Below are positions 38,394-47,186 of a stretch of DNA of 64,000 nt, piece by piece. The notes beneath the pieces were generated by a model, which did not search any database, was not told the origin of the DNA, and worked only from the letters and a program-made list of their open reading frames with translations. Position 1 is the first letter of the stretch. The number at the start of each line of letters is the position of its first letter. The position numbers and the translations under genes were made by a program. The DNA is from Rhodothermales bacterium. GTDB lineage: Bacteria > Bacteroidota > Rhodothermia > Rhodothermales > JAHQVL01. Where the stretch lies: contig JAWXAX010000117.1 in the NCBI GenBank assembly GCA_034439735.1, forward strand, positions 2,148 through 66,147, given 5' to 3'.

Positions 38394-41300
38394 ATGGAAA
38401 CATACCTATGGATTAGCAGCCCAACGCCCTACGTGTCCTTTCTACGGCCCATACCCTTCTATACGCTGTTCGCCGTCCTGGTCGCCCTGTCGGGGTTGTC
38501 CGCCGGCGCCTCGCGGGCGCAGCAGACCCTGCGACTGGACCCGGACCGATCGATCGCCCAGTACGTATTCGATTCCTGGCAGGTAGACGATGGCCTGCCC
38601 CAGAGTTCCGTCACGGCGATTGCACAGACACCGGACGGCTTCCTGTGGCTCGCAACCGACGAGGGGCTTGTGCGCTTCGATGGGGTCGCGTTTCAGACCT
38701 TCGACAAGAGCACGGAGGAAGCCTTTCTGATCAACGATGTCGTCGCGATGACGGTCGGCCAGGACGGCGTGTTATGGATCGGGGCGCGCGGCGGCGGCCT
38801 TCTGCGTTACGACGGCGCCTTCACCCGCTTCGACGACACCAACGGTCTCACCAGCAACTACGTTACCGCGCTCTACGAGGACCCTGCCGGCGTCCTCTGG
38901 ATCGGCACGTATGGCGGCGGCCTACTGGCTTTTGAAGATGGCCAGTTCAGAGGATATACAGCCGACGACGGGCTGCCGGGCGAGTTTATCAGCACCATCG
39001 CCCAGGATGCACGGGGCACCCTCATCGTGGGCACCGAAACCGGGATCGTACGCCTGGACACCAATCGATTCGTACCAGACAACCGCCCGGGTGCTCCCAC
39101 CGGACTGATCAGTACCCTGTACAGCGCGCCAGACGGCCGGCTCTGGGCGGCGACGAGCGAGGCGGGCCTATTTTTCCTTGAAGGAAATGTCTGGATCAAC
39201 CGGAGCGATTCGATCGGACTTCGCGAGGGATATGTCTCCGCATTCCTCACAGATACTGCCGGTAGCCTCTGGCTCGCGGCTACAGGTGGACGTCTTTACC
39301 GATTGCGGGACAATGTATTCGAGTCGTTTACTTCAGAGAGTGTTTTCAAATCCAATGACCTGACGTCCCTCTTCCAGGATCGGGAAGGTAGTCTCTGGAT
39401 CGGCTCACGTTACCGCGGCCTACATCGCCTTCGCGGGAGTAAGTTCACGCCGTTCGGCATGCCGGAGGGGCTACCCAGCGACCGCGCCAACTCGATCTAT
39501 GAAGCTCCTGACGGCACGCTATGGTTTGGCACCCAAGCCGGCGTTGCTCGCCGGCTACCCGACGGCCGGATCGAGAACTTCAACACATCTACCGGCCTCG
39601 GCGGCGATGAAGTGCTTTCCGTCATCGGAAATGCCAACGGGGAGGTGTGGATGGGTTCCAACGGCGGTGGCCTCGCCCGATGGCGCGACGGCCGCATCAG
39701 CCGATTCACCACCGAAGACGGGCTGGCGAGCGACAACATCTTCGCCCTGTTTGTCGATTCAAACGACGTGTTGTGGGTTGGCACCGATGCCGGCGTTTCG
39801 CGGTATTCGGACGGAGTGTTTACGTTGCTCACAAGCGCCGACGGCCTGTCCAGCGACTTCGTCACCGCCTTCGCGCAGACGCCCGACGGCAGTGTGTGGA
39901 TCGGGACGTACGACGCCGGCGTGAATCGGTATGCCGACGGCGCCTTGACCACGATCTCCACCGCCGACGGGCTCACGAACAATACGGTGCTTTCGCTCTA
40001 TGCGGACGCCGCCGGCGCGCTGTGGATCGGCACCTACGGAGGCGGCCTGAACCGTCTTAAGGATGGGGCGATCCACGCCGCCACCCAGCGCCAGGGGTTG
40101 TTTAACGACAACGTCTACGTCATCCTTGAAGACGACGAGGAGCGACTCTGGATGACCTGCAACAAGGGCGTCTTCCGGATCGACAAAGCCGGCTTCGACC
40201 GCCTCGCCTCGGGCGACACGACGGCCATTGCCTCGGTCGTCTACGACCGCTCCGACGGCCTCCGTAATGCCGAAGGGCTGGGCGGGCAGCAACCGGCTGG
40301 CTGGCGCACCCGCGACGGGCGGCTGTGGTTCACGACGGTCGCCGGCGCCGTCGCCATCGATCCCGCGCATATCCCCACCAACCCGATCCCGCCTCCCATC
40401 GCCATTACCGGGCTCGATCTGGACGAAAACCCCTACCCCATCGGCGCCTCGCTCACCCTGCCGCCGGGGGGGCATAAACTCCGCTTCGCCTTCACCGCCC
40501 CGAGTCTCGTCAACCCGCACCGCGTGCTGTTCCAGTACCGGCTCGCCAGCGCCGACGAGGCCTGGTCCGAGCCCTCATCCCGCCGAGAAGCCTTTTACAC
40601 CAACCTCCCGCCGGGCGACTACACGCTGGAGGTGATCGCCCGAAATGACGACGGCGTCTGGAATCGCCAGCCGGCGACGCTGTCGTTTTATCACGAACCC
40701 TATTTCTATCAGACCCTCTGGTTCAAGCTGCTCTGCCTCGCCGGCCTCGTCGGGCTTGCCTACACAGGATACCGCATCCGCATCCGGCAGATGCAGGCCC
40801 GGCAGGAGGAACTAGAGCGAACGGTCGAAGAACGGACACACGACCTCCGCCTCGAGAAAGAACGCACGGAACAGGCGAAAACGGTTATCGAGGCGCAGGC
40901 CGACAAGCTACGTGAACTCGATCGGTTCAAGACGCGCTTCTTCGCCAACCTGTCCCACGAGTTCCGGACCCCGCTGACGATGATCATCGGGCCGCTCGAG
41001 AACTTGATCTCGGGCGCTTACGGAACCGTGAGCGAGGCCGCCGTGCGCCAGGGCCAGATCATGTTGCGCAACGCCCAGCGGCTGTTGCGGCTCATCAACC
41101 AGTTGCTTGACCTTTCGAAGCTCGAAGCCGGCAAGATGGAGTTGCGCTCGCGCGAGCGCAACATTGTCCCATTTGTCGAGGGCGTCGTCTATTCGTGTAT
41201 CCCCCTGGCCGAGACCAAAAAAATCGCCCTCACCTTCACAAGCAACGTCGAAAAAGTCTCGCTCCACTTCGAGCCCGATAAACTCGAAAAGGTGTTCTTC

Positions 41301-42989
41301 AACCTCCTCTCGAACGCGCTCAAGTTCACGCCGGCCGAGGGAACGATCGACGTTGCCGTGACTGATCTGCCCGAACCCCGCGAGGACATGCCCGAAGGCG
41401 CCGTCGAAGTGCGCGTCCGCGACACCGGCAAAGGGATTCCCGCAAAGGATCTGCCCCACGTATTCGACCGCTTCCACCAGGTCGATGGATCGAACACCCG
41501 CGAACATGAAGGCACCGGCATCGGGCTCGCCCTCGTGCAGGAGCTGGTGCTGCTCCATAAAGGCGAGATCGATGTCACGAGTGAGCTGGGCGTCGGGTCG
41601 ACATTCACCGTCCGCTTCCCGCGTGGAAAATCCCATCTCCAGCCGGACCAGTTCGCGACCGATGAGGACGTTCCGGAGGCGATGCCGGCGCGCGGCGCCC
41701 TGACCGAACTGGCCGTCGAAGGCGCCGAACTCGACCATGAGCAGCAGGCCACCCCCGCCGAACAGCCGCTGGCAAAGTCAGACAAAACCATCCTCTGCGT
41801 GGAGGACAACCCGGACGTGCGCGAATACGTCGCCGGCATCCTCGAAGCCCAATACCGCGTGATAACGGCTGTCGACGGCATTGACGGGCTCGAAAAAGCC
41901 CGGACCCTCTCGCCGGACCTCATCGTCAGCGACGTGATGATGCCGCGGATGGACGGCAACGAGATGTGCCGGCAGATCAAGGACGACCCGGAGCTGAACC
42001 ACATCCCCATCCTCCTGCTCACCGCCCGTGCCACGAACGACATCCGGATCGAAGGCCTCGAAGCCCGCGCGGACGACTTCCTCGCCAAGCCCTTTAACGC
42101 CCGCGAGCTGATGACCCGCGTGGCCAACCTCCTGGCCCTGCGCCAGCAGGCCAAGGAGCTGAAGCGACTCAACGAGAACCTGGAAAAAGAAGTCGCCCGC
42201 CAGCTCGACACCATCCTCACCGAGCGTCTGAAATACGAGGAAGAGATCCTCGCCGCCCGGGACGAGGCGGAGCGGTCGTCGCGCCTCAAGTCCAGCATCC
42301 TCGACAACGTCAACCACGAATTCCGGACACCGATCGCCGGCATCGTGGGCAGCAGCGATTTGCTGGCCCTCGAAGTGCCGGAGGACCTGAAGGAGTTGGT
42401 GGACATCGTAAAAATAAGCGCCGATCGGCTGATGCGCACGCTCAACTCGGTCGTCGAACTCGGCGCCCTGGAGAGCGAAACCTACACGCTGCACGTCTAC
42501 CCGGCCGACGTGCTCGACGTCCTGGAAGAAGTGCTCGAGACCCAGTTCATGCGGGTGCGTGCCAAAGGGCTGGACCTCCAGTATTCCGTGAACGACGAAG
42601 CGCTGCCGGCGATCGTGGACCCGATGGCCCTGCGGCGGGTGTTCGAGTTGCTGATCGACAACGCCATCAAGTTCACCGAAGCCGGTTCCGTCCGCATCGA
42701 CGTCGAGAGCGACGGCGTCGAGGTGCGTATCCACGTCGCGGACACCGGAGTCGGGATCGATGAAGCCTACCAGCAGCGGGTCTTCGAAGCGTTCGTGCAG
42801 GAAAGCGACGGGATGACACGCACGTTCGAGGGCTGCGGCATCGGCCTGACGATCGCCAATCGGATGATCCAGAAGATGAACGGAAGGATTGAGCTCGAGT
42901 CTCAGAAAGGCATCGGCAGCACGTTTACCGTCGTGCTTCCGGCGCGGGCCGGCAAGTCGTTGGCACGCACGGATATGGTAATGAATTGA
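38394..42989 (+). CDS. Hybrid sensor: periplasmic beta-propeller (Reg_prop) repeats + Y_Y_Y domain, TM helix, HisKA/HATPase, receiver, second HisKA/HATPase
   Basis: Many G.LWIGT/GL..Y propeller repeats. YYY region FQYRLASADEAWSE...YTNLPPGDYTLEV; TM helix LWFKLLCLAGLVGLAY. H-box 1 LSHEFRTPL with GTGIGLALV; REC ILCVEDNPDV...LIVSDVMMPRMDG...KPF; H-box 2 VNHEFRTPI with GCGIGLTIA. Confidence 0.88.
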   Translation: METYLWISSPTPYVSFLRPIPFYTLFAVLVALSGLSAGASRAQQTLRLDPDRSIAQYVFDSWQVDDGLPQSSVTAIAQTPDGFLWLATDEGLVRFDGVAFQTFDKSTEEAFLINDVVAMTVGQDGVLWIGARGGGLLRYDGAFTRFDDTNGLTSNYVTALYEDPAGVLWIGTYGGGLLAFEDGQFRGYTADDGLPGEFISTIAQDARGTLIVGTETGIVRLDTNRFVPDNRPGAPTGLISTLYSAPDGRLWAATSEAGLFFLEGNVWINRSDSIGLREGYVSAFLTDTAGSLWLAATGGRLYRLRDNVFESFTSESVFKSNDLTSLFQDREGSLWIGSRYRGLHRLRGSKFTPFGMPEGLPSDRANSIYEAPDGTLWFGTQAGVARRLPDGRIENFNTSTGLGGDEVLSVIGNANGEVWMGSNGGGLARWRDGRISRFTTEDGLASDNIFALFVDSNDVLWVGTDAGVSRYSDGVFTLLTSADGLSSDFVTAFAQTPDGSVWIGTYDAGVNRYADGALTTISTADGLTNNTVLSLYADAAGALWIGTYGGGLNRLKDGAIHAATQRQGLFNDNVYVILEDDEERLWMTCNKGVFRIDKAGFDRLASGDTTAIASVVYDRSDGLRNAEGLGGQQPAGWRTRDGRLWFTTVAGAVAIDPAHIPTNPIPPPIAITGLDLDENPYPIGASLTLPPGGHKLRFAFTAPSLVNPHRVLFQYRLASADEAWSEPSSRREAFYTNLPPGDYTLEVIARNDDGVWNRQPATLSFYHEPYFYQTLWFKLLCLAGLVGLAYTGYRIRIRQMQARQEELERTVEERTHDLRLEKERTEQAKTVIEAQADKLRELDRFKTRFFANLSHEFRTPLTMIIGPLENLISGAYGTVSEAAVRQGQIMLRNAQRLLRLINQLLDLSKLEAGKMELRSRERNIVPFVEGVVYSCIPLAETKKIALTFTSNVEKVSLHFEPDKLEKVFFNLLSNALKFTPAEGTIDVAVTDLPEPREDMPEGAVEVRVRDTGKGIPAKDLPHVFDRFHQVDGSNTREHEGTGIGLALVQELVLLHKGEIDVTSELGVGSTFTVRFPRGKSHLQPDQFATDEDVPEAMPARGALTELAVEGAELDHEQQATPAEQPLAKSDKTILCVEDNPDVREYVAGILEAQYRVITAVDGIDGLEKARTLSPDLIVSDVMMPRMDGNEMCRQIKDDPELNHIPILLLTARATNDIRIEGLEARADDFLAKPFNARELMTRVANLLALRQQAKELKRLNENLEKEVARQLDTILTERLKYEEEILAARDEAERSSRLKSSILDNVNHEFRTPIAGIVGSSDLLALEVPEDLKELVDIVKISADRLMRTLNSVVELGALESETYTLHVYPADVLDVLEEVLETQFMRVRAKGLDLQYSVNDEALPAIVDPMALRRVFELLIDNAIKFTEAGSVRIDVESDGVEVRIHVADTGVGIDEAYQQRVFEAFVQESDGMTRTFEGCGIGLTIANRMIQKMNGRIELESQKGIGSTFTVVLPARAGKSLARTDMVMN

Positions 42990-43058
42990 TCAGCCGGCGG
43001 TACACCCGATCATTCGCGGCTATGTACGGACATGGCATGGTGGTAGCCATATGGTAAA

Positions 43059-43084
43059 GGGACACGAGGTATCGTGTCCCTGCG
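43059..43084. repeat. REP-like palindromic element, copy d
   Basis: GGGACACGAGGTATCGTGTCCC followed by TGCG, then GTCACCCTGAGGTGCTCGCTGAC (related to the motif at 30136). Confidence 0.65.
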
Positions 43085-43268
43085 GCCCGTCACCCTGAGG
43101 TGCTCGCTGACACCGCGCCACGGGTTGTGCTGGAACTCGCCGATCCACGTCCCTTCCATCACATCGACGACTCCCCCGGAGCGGACTCGCGCACAGGCCC
43201 CCACAACGCCGCCCCGAGCAGCGCGATTGCAAGAAGGATGGATGTCGTCATACAGATTTCACCACACC

Positions 43269-43364
43269 ATCTTTCACTTTGCATCTTTCACTTTGCATCT
43301 TTCACTTTGCATCTTTCACTTTGCATCTTTCACTTTGCCTTTTGCCTTTTACCCTTTGCCTTTA
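43269..43364. repeat. 14-bp tandem repeat x5 (ATCTTTCACTTTGC) decaying into CTTTTGCC/TTTACC units
   Basis: Five exact copies at 43269-43338. The degenerate CT-rich continuation runs into the stop codon of the convergent blaR1-like gene. Confidence 0.92.
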
Positions 43365-45473
43365 CTCATTGTCCCGCAACGCCTTGATATAAGCACCATC
43401 CACTCCGTGATTGTGCATATCGATGAGTTGCTCGACGGTGACGTCCTTCAGGCCGGCATCGCGAATTTCGCGGACATAGTCGGCGTCGACGCCATGGCGC
43501 TGGAGGCGGATGAGCTCATCGAGCGGCAGATCCAGGCCGGCCTCCTTCATGTCGATGAGATAGTCGCTGTCCACCCCGTATTTGGTCATCGTGATGACGT
43601 CGTCGAGCGATATATCGGTGTACCCTTGCTCGCGGAGGTTGTCTAGCAGATCGGTATCGACGCCGTATTTACTGGCATTGATGAGCATGTCCGCCGTGAG
43701 ATCCTGATAGCCGTAGCGCCCCAGGGCCTCGACCAGGTCTTGATCGACCCCGTATTTACTCATCGTCACCAGTTCCTCGCCGGACAAGTCCGTGTACCCC
43801 GCTTCGCGCATGGTCCGGACGAAGTCGACATCCACCCCGTATTTGCTCATCGTGGCATAGTCGCCCAGGGTGAGGTCGGTATACCCCGATTCCTTCATTT
43901 CGGTGATAAAGTCCGCGTCGGCGCCGTAGCGACCCAGCATCACGAGGTCCTGGTAGGTGAGATCGCCAAAGCCCATGCGTTTGAGCGACTGGATGAACTC
44001 CGTGTCCACCCCGTACTGCCGCAGCCGGATGATCTGTTCGATCGTCAACGAGTCGACCGGCGTTTGTGGGTAGGCCTGTTCTTCATCCCACTCGAATTCA
44101 GGCACTTCGAAGTTCATCTCGGGGATCTCGATCACCATCTCGGGGATGTCCACATCAAACGCGGGGATTTTGATCGCAGGCATGACAAAATGAAAGGCCG
44201 GCACGTCGACATGTATCTCGGGGATCTCGACGTCGATTTCAGGAATAGTGATTGCAGGGACCTCGATGTCCATGTCCGGGATTTCGATTTCGATCGGGGC
44301 CGGCGGCGTGGCCACGCGAGGCGCCCGGGGGGGCCTAGGGGTCGCCTGAGCCATCGTCGCGACAGGCTGAAGGGCGGCGAGCGGCACCACGATGCAGGCC
44401 ACCAGCATGAGGGTGAGCCACGTCGCCGGACGGTTCTGGTTACGCCGGCGGAACGGGTCCAGGATGGAGAGGAGCCGGCCCTCGAGCTGCGAGCCGCGCG
44501 CCATGGAGACGGCCGCCACGGTGGACCACTCCCCGCGGCGCAGCATCCGTGCCGTCTCGAGCAGGGTCTCGGCATAGTGCGAGGCATCCGCGCCCGATAC
44601 AATCACGATGTCGTCGGCCGAGCGTTCGCGTTCGATCCGCATCTGCCAGGAGGCGAGCCACACGAGCGGGTTGAACCAGTAGATCGCGGTGACGACGTTG
44701 GTCATCAACTGGAAAAGGCAGTCGTACCGCTTCACATGCGCCAGTTCGTGCAGGAGGACGGCGTCTTTGCGGGCGTCGCTCCATGTGTCGGCGTCGGCCG
44801 GCAAAACGATCACAGGCCGCCATACCCCTACGGCCATCGGGACGGACGTCCAGGTGCTCATCCGCAGCCGCACGAGGCGCTGGACGCCCAGGCGGTGCGC
44901 GGCGGATTCGGCCTTAAGATGCCACTCTTCATCGTCCACGTGTGAAGCCCGGCTGACGAGCAAACGCGCGCCGGCGTGGGCCAGCGCCAGGCGTCCGAGC
45001 ACGACGCATACGCCAAGCGCCCAGACTAAAAAGGCCCACTGCATCCAGTTCAACGACGACGACATCGCCGACCAATTCGCCGCTAGTGACGCATCTGCAG
45101 GAGCGGTGGCTGGCGGAAGAGTCAGCGGGGCCGGCGCGGGGAGCGGGTCAAGCGAGCGGACCGCATCAGGAAGCGGAGCAGGCTGCGCGTTGAAGGGGTC
45201 CACCCGGAGGGCCTGGTCTACTTCGATTGATGCGGGCAGGACGGCCACCTGCCAGGCCGGCATCAGCGGAGACAGAAAGGGCAGCAGAAAAAGCCCGAGC
45301 AGGGCCGAGCACCAGACCATGTACCGCGTCGCGGCGGCGCTGTGGCGCAAGGCGTAGGTGAGCAAGCCGGCCGCCGACAATAGCAGCGTACCCTTCACCA
45401 GGATCAGGATCATGTCCGCTAGCCAGGGGCGCACATCGAACGCGAGGAGTGGAAAATCGAGCAAGGATGGCAT
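43362..45473 (-). CDS. BlaR1/MecR1-family M56 peptidase-type signal transducer with repeat-built C-terminal domain
   Basis: N-terminal TM helices. Zinc motif VLLHELAHVKRYD (HExxH). No penicillin-binding-type sensor recognised. Instead it has acidic (I/V)(D/E)(I/V)PE repeats and about eight 29-aa YGVDxDF...GYxDL repeats. Confidence 0.8.
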   Translation of the reverse strand: MPSLLDFPLLAFDVRPWLADMILILVKGTLLLSAAGLLTYALRHSAAATRYMVWCSALLGLFLLPFLSPLMPAWQVAVLPASIEVDQALRVDPFNAQPAPLPDAVRSLDPLPAPAPLTLPPATAPADASLAANWSAMSSSLNWMQWAFLVWALGVCVVLGRLALAHAGARLLVSRASHVDDEEWHLKAESAAHRLGVQRLVRLRMSTWTSVPMAVGVWRPVIVLPADADTWSDARKDAVLLHELAHVKRYDCLFQLMTNVVTAIYWFNPLVWLASWQMRIERERSADDIVIVSGADASHYAETLLETARMLRRGEWSTVAAVSMARGSQLEGRLLSILDPFRRRNQNRPATWLTLMLVACIVVPLAALQPVATMAQATPRPPRAPRVATPPAPIEIEIPDMDIEVPAITIPEIDVEIPEIHVDVPAFHFVMPAIKIPAFDVDIPEMVIEIPEMNFEVPEFEWDEEQAYPQTPVDSLTIEQIIRLRQYGVDTEFIQSLKRMGFGDLTYQDLVMLGRYGADADFITEMKESGYTDLTLGDYATMSKYGVDVDFVRTMREAGYTDLSGEELVTMSKYGVDQDLVEALGRYGYQDLTADMLINASKYGVDTDLLDNLREQGYTDISLDDVITMTKYGVDSDYLIDMKEAGLDLPLDELIRLQRHGVDADYVREIRDAGLKDVTVEQLIDMHNHGVDGAYIKALRDNE

Positions 45474-45474
45474 G

Positions 45475-45870
45475 TCAGTTATCCTCCTGTTGTTTAGCTT
45501 TTTCGATGAGCCCGGCCAGTCGGTCGAGATCGGCTTCGCTCAGTTCGTCCCCCTTCAGATCCAGCAACGCCGCCACCACGCGGTCCGCCGAGCCATTAAA
45601 AAAGGCCTGGACCATATAGTTCATGGCGGATTTGCCGGCTTCGTCCGGAGAAATCGTGGCGGTGTAGATATACCGCGCGCCGTCTCGCCGATGGCTCAAA
45701 TGCCCCTTCTCCTCCAGGATCCGCAACATGGCCCGCACACCGGAATACGTGGGCGGATCCGAAATGCCTTCCATCACCTCGGCGGCCGTAGCCTCCCCGC
45801 GCTTGTAGATGAACGACATGATCTGTCGTTCGCGCGCCCCGAGATCCATGGGTGATTTCTTTCGCTTCAT
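45475..45870 (-). CDS. BlaI/MecI/CopY-family winged-helix repressor
   Basis: LGARERQIMSFIYKRGEATAAEVMEG...YSGVRAMLRILEEKGHLSHRRDGARYIY. Its stop lies 1 nt before the blaR1-like start. Confidence 0.85.
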   Translation of the reverse strand: MKRKKSPMDLGARERQIMSFIYKRGEATAAEVMEGISDPPTYSGVRAMLRILEEKGHLSHRRDGARYIYTATISPDEAGKSAMNYMVQAFFNGSADRVVAALLDLKGDELSEADLDRLAGLIEKAKQQEDN

Positions 45871-45939
45871 GATCGGTTACGTTTTGTCACGGCAGCCTGT
45901 CGCGACATGTGCCGGCAACCCCAGCCGGCCCGGTATACA

Positions 45940-45955
45940 TGCTACAATACTAGCA
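45940..45955. promoter_or_regulatory. Candidate BlaI-family operator, copy 1
   Basis: TGCTACAATACTAGCA (TGCTA-N6-TAGCA inverted arms), 70 nt upstream of the blaI-like ATG; identical to the copy at 46002. Confidence 0.5.
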
Positions 45956-46001
45956 CCCTACGCCAAACATACACAGAAGATGCAGGGCCGTCAAGTCTTT
46001 C

Positions 46002-46017
46002 TGCTACAATACTAGCA
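46002..46017. promoter_or_regulatory. Candidate BlaI-family operator, copy 2
   Basis: Exact second copy of TGCTACAATACTAGCA, 62 bp from copy 1 and immediately downstream (minus strand) of the cassette terminator. Confidence 0.5.
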
Positions 46018-46030
46018 TTTTTTTATCCAA

Positions 46031-46068
46031 CAAAAAAAGGGAGACCCCGCCGGATCGCGGAGCCTCCC
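46031..46068 (-). terminator. Rho-independent terminator after the three-gene cassette
   Basis: Minus strand reads GGGAGGCTCCGC-GATCCG-GCGGGGTCTCCC followed by TTTTTTT (12-bp stem, 2 mismatches), 25 nt after the stop at 46093. Confidence 0.7.
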
Positions 46069-46092
46069 TGTCAATCCTTCACCCGGCCGTAG

Positions 46093-47160
46093 TCAGTTGA
46101 TGACCGGAGCCTCGTGGCACCCGTCGATCGACGGGTGGATACTCCACTGATTGGCCGGCTGCGTCTGGGCAAGGAGGACCAACGGATCTCGGGTCTGCCC
46201 GACGTGAAAACACCAGACATCGAGGATCTGCTTCTTGAACCGCTCGACCAGCGTGGTGTCCGCCTTATCCATGGAGCGGTAGCGGGCGTCGACGACGGGG
46301 GTCAGCTTTTGCACGTGGCGGATCGGGTGGATCTCGTTCCAGCCCGAGTGGCCGGCGTCGTAGACCCAGTCTCCCAACACGAGGATGACATCCCCCCCTT
46401 CGCCTGTTGCAGGATCGGCGGCCGTCAGTGTGCCGGCGGCCGGGTCATACACGTCATTTAGCTCGCCGTTATGCGTCGCCGCCCATGCAATCGCCACCGC
46501 GGCGGCGGTGATGGCGAGCCAGATGGCCGCGGCAATCAGACAGATGGCCCACCCGATCAGGGGGATGGAGCATATGGCCCCGACGATGGGCGCCCCGAAC
46601 GACATCACCTTCAAGACCGCGCAAACGTCGTGTACGCGGCACCCTTTCACCTCCACATGGAACACCTCCGTATCGGCCGGCAGGTTATCGAATTTCACCG
46701 AGACGCCGGCGAAACCGAGCCCCAGATCACCCGACGGCGGTTGTTCGGCCATAAATGGGGCCTGATGCGGATCCGACATCAGCATCTCCGAAAGCGACTC
46801 GACCGGTGAATGCGGAGACGGGAGGATGTTCATCGTGAAGTCATCGTCCATCTTCTCGAAACCCGACTTGTCTTGCCCCACCGGAATGATCTCCATGAGT
46901 CGACCGATCGTACACGCATCATCCTGAATGCAGATGAGCTTCCCGCCGTGTAAAAAGGCGCACAACTCAAATATCGCCACGACAAATGCCACGCCGGCCA
47001 CGACGCCGAGCCCGGGGATGGCGATCCCGCCGATGACCATCACCACGATTTCGATGATCGCGAGCGCGCCGGTCAAAATCCCCCAGGCGATCACATTCGT
47101 GAGGCCCGTGAAGTTGTCTTTTGTTACGCACTTAAAGTGCTTCCCACAGTTTTTTGCCAT
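46093..47160 (-). CDS. Hypothetical Cys-rich 4-TM membrane protein (cassette gene C)
   Basis: 355 aa. TM pairs VIAWGILTGALAIIEIVVMVIGGIAIPGLGVVAGVAFVVAIF and APIVGAICSIPLIGWAICLIAAAIWLAITAAAVAIAWA. Two soluble regions have no motif I recognise (e.g. GDWVYDAGHSGWNEIHPIRH). GAGG Shine-Dalgarno sequence upstream of the ATG. Confidence 0.6.
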   Translation of the reverse strand: MAKNCGKHFKCVTKDNFTGLTNVIAWGILTGALAIIEIVVMVIGGIAIPGLGVVAGVAFVVAIFELCAFLHGGKLICIQDDACTIGRLMEIIPVGQDKSGFEKMDDDFTMNILPSPHSPVESLSEMLMSDPHQAPFMAEQPPSGDLGLGFAGVSVKFDNLPADTEVFHVEVKGCRVHDVCAVLKVMSFGAPIVGAICSIPLIGWAICLIAAAIWLAITAAAVAIAWAATHNGELNDVYDPAAGTLTAADPATGEGGDVILVLGDWVYDAGHSGWNEIHPIRHVQKLTPVVDARYRSMDKADTTLVERFKKQILDVWCFHVGQTRDPLVLLAQTQPANQWSIHPSIDGCHEAPVIN

Positions 47161-47186
47161 TGCCCTACCTCATGCCGTTGGATGAT

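Noticed and set aside
41189-42445. 418-aa minus-strand ORF (with 40908-41738 and 41778-42734) inside the sensor kinase gene
   Set aside because: It is antisense to a gene with unmistakable HisKA/HATPase/REC motifs. The Ser/Arg-rich low-complexity translation is a high-GC artefact.
43010-43251. Possible frameshifted gene remnant: a 30-aa signal-peptide-like ORF (43251-43159, MTTSILLAIALLGAALWG...) followed in another frame by ...DVMEGTWIGEFQHNPWRGV...
   Set aside because: The second frame runs straight through a REP-like hairpin and has no recognisable family. I cannot support either a gene or a pseudogene call without a homology search.
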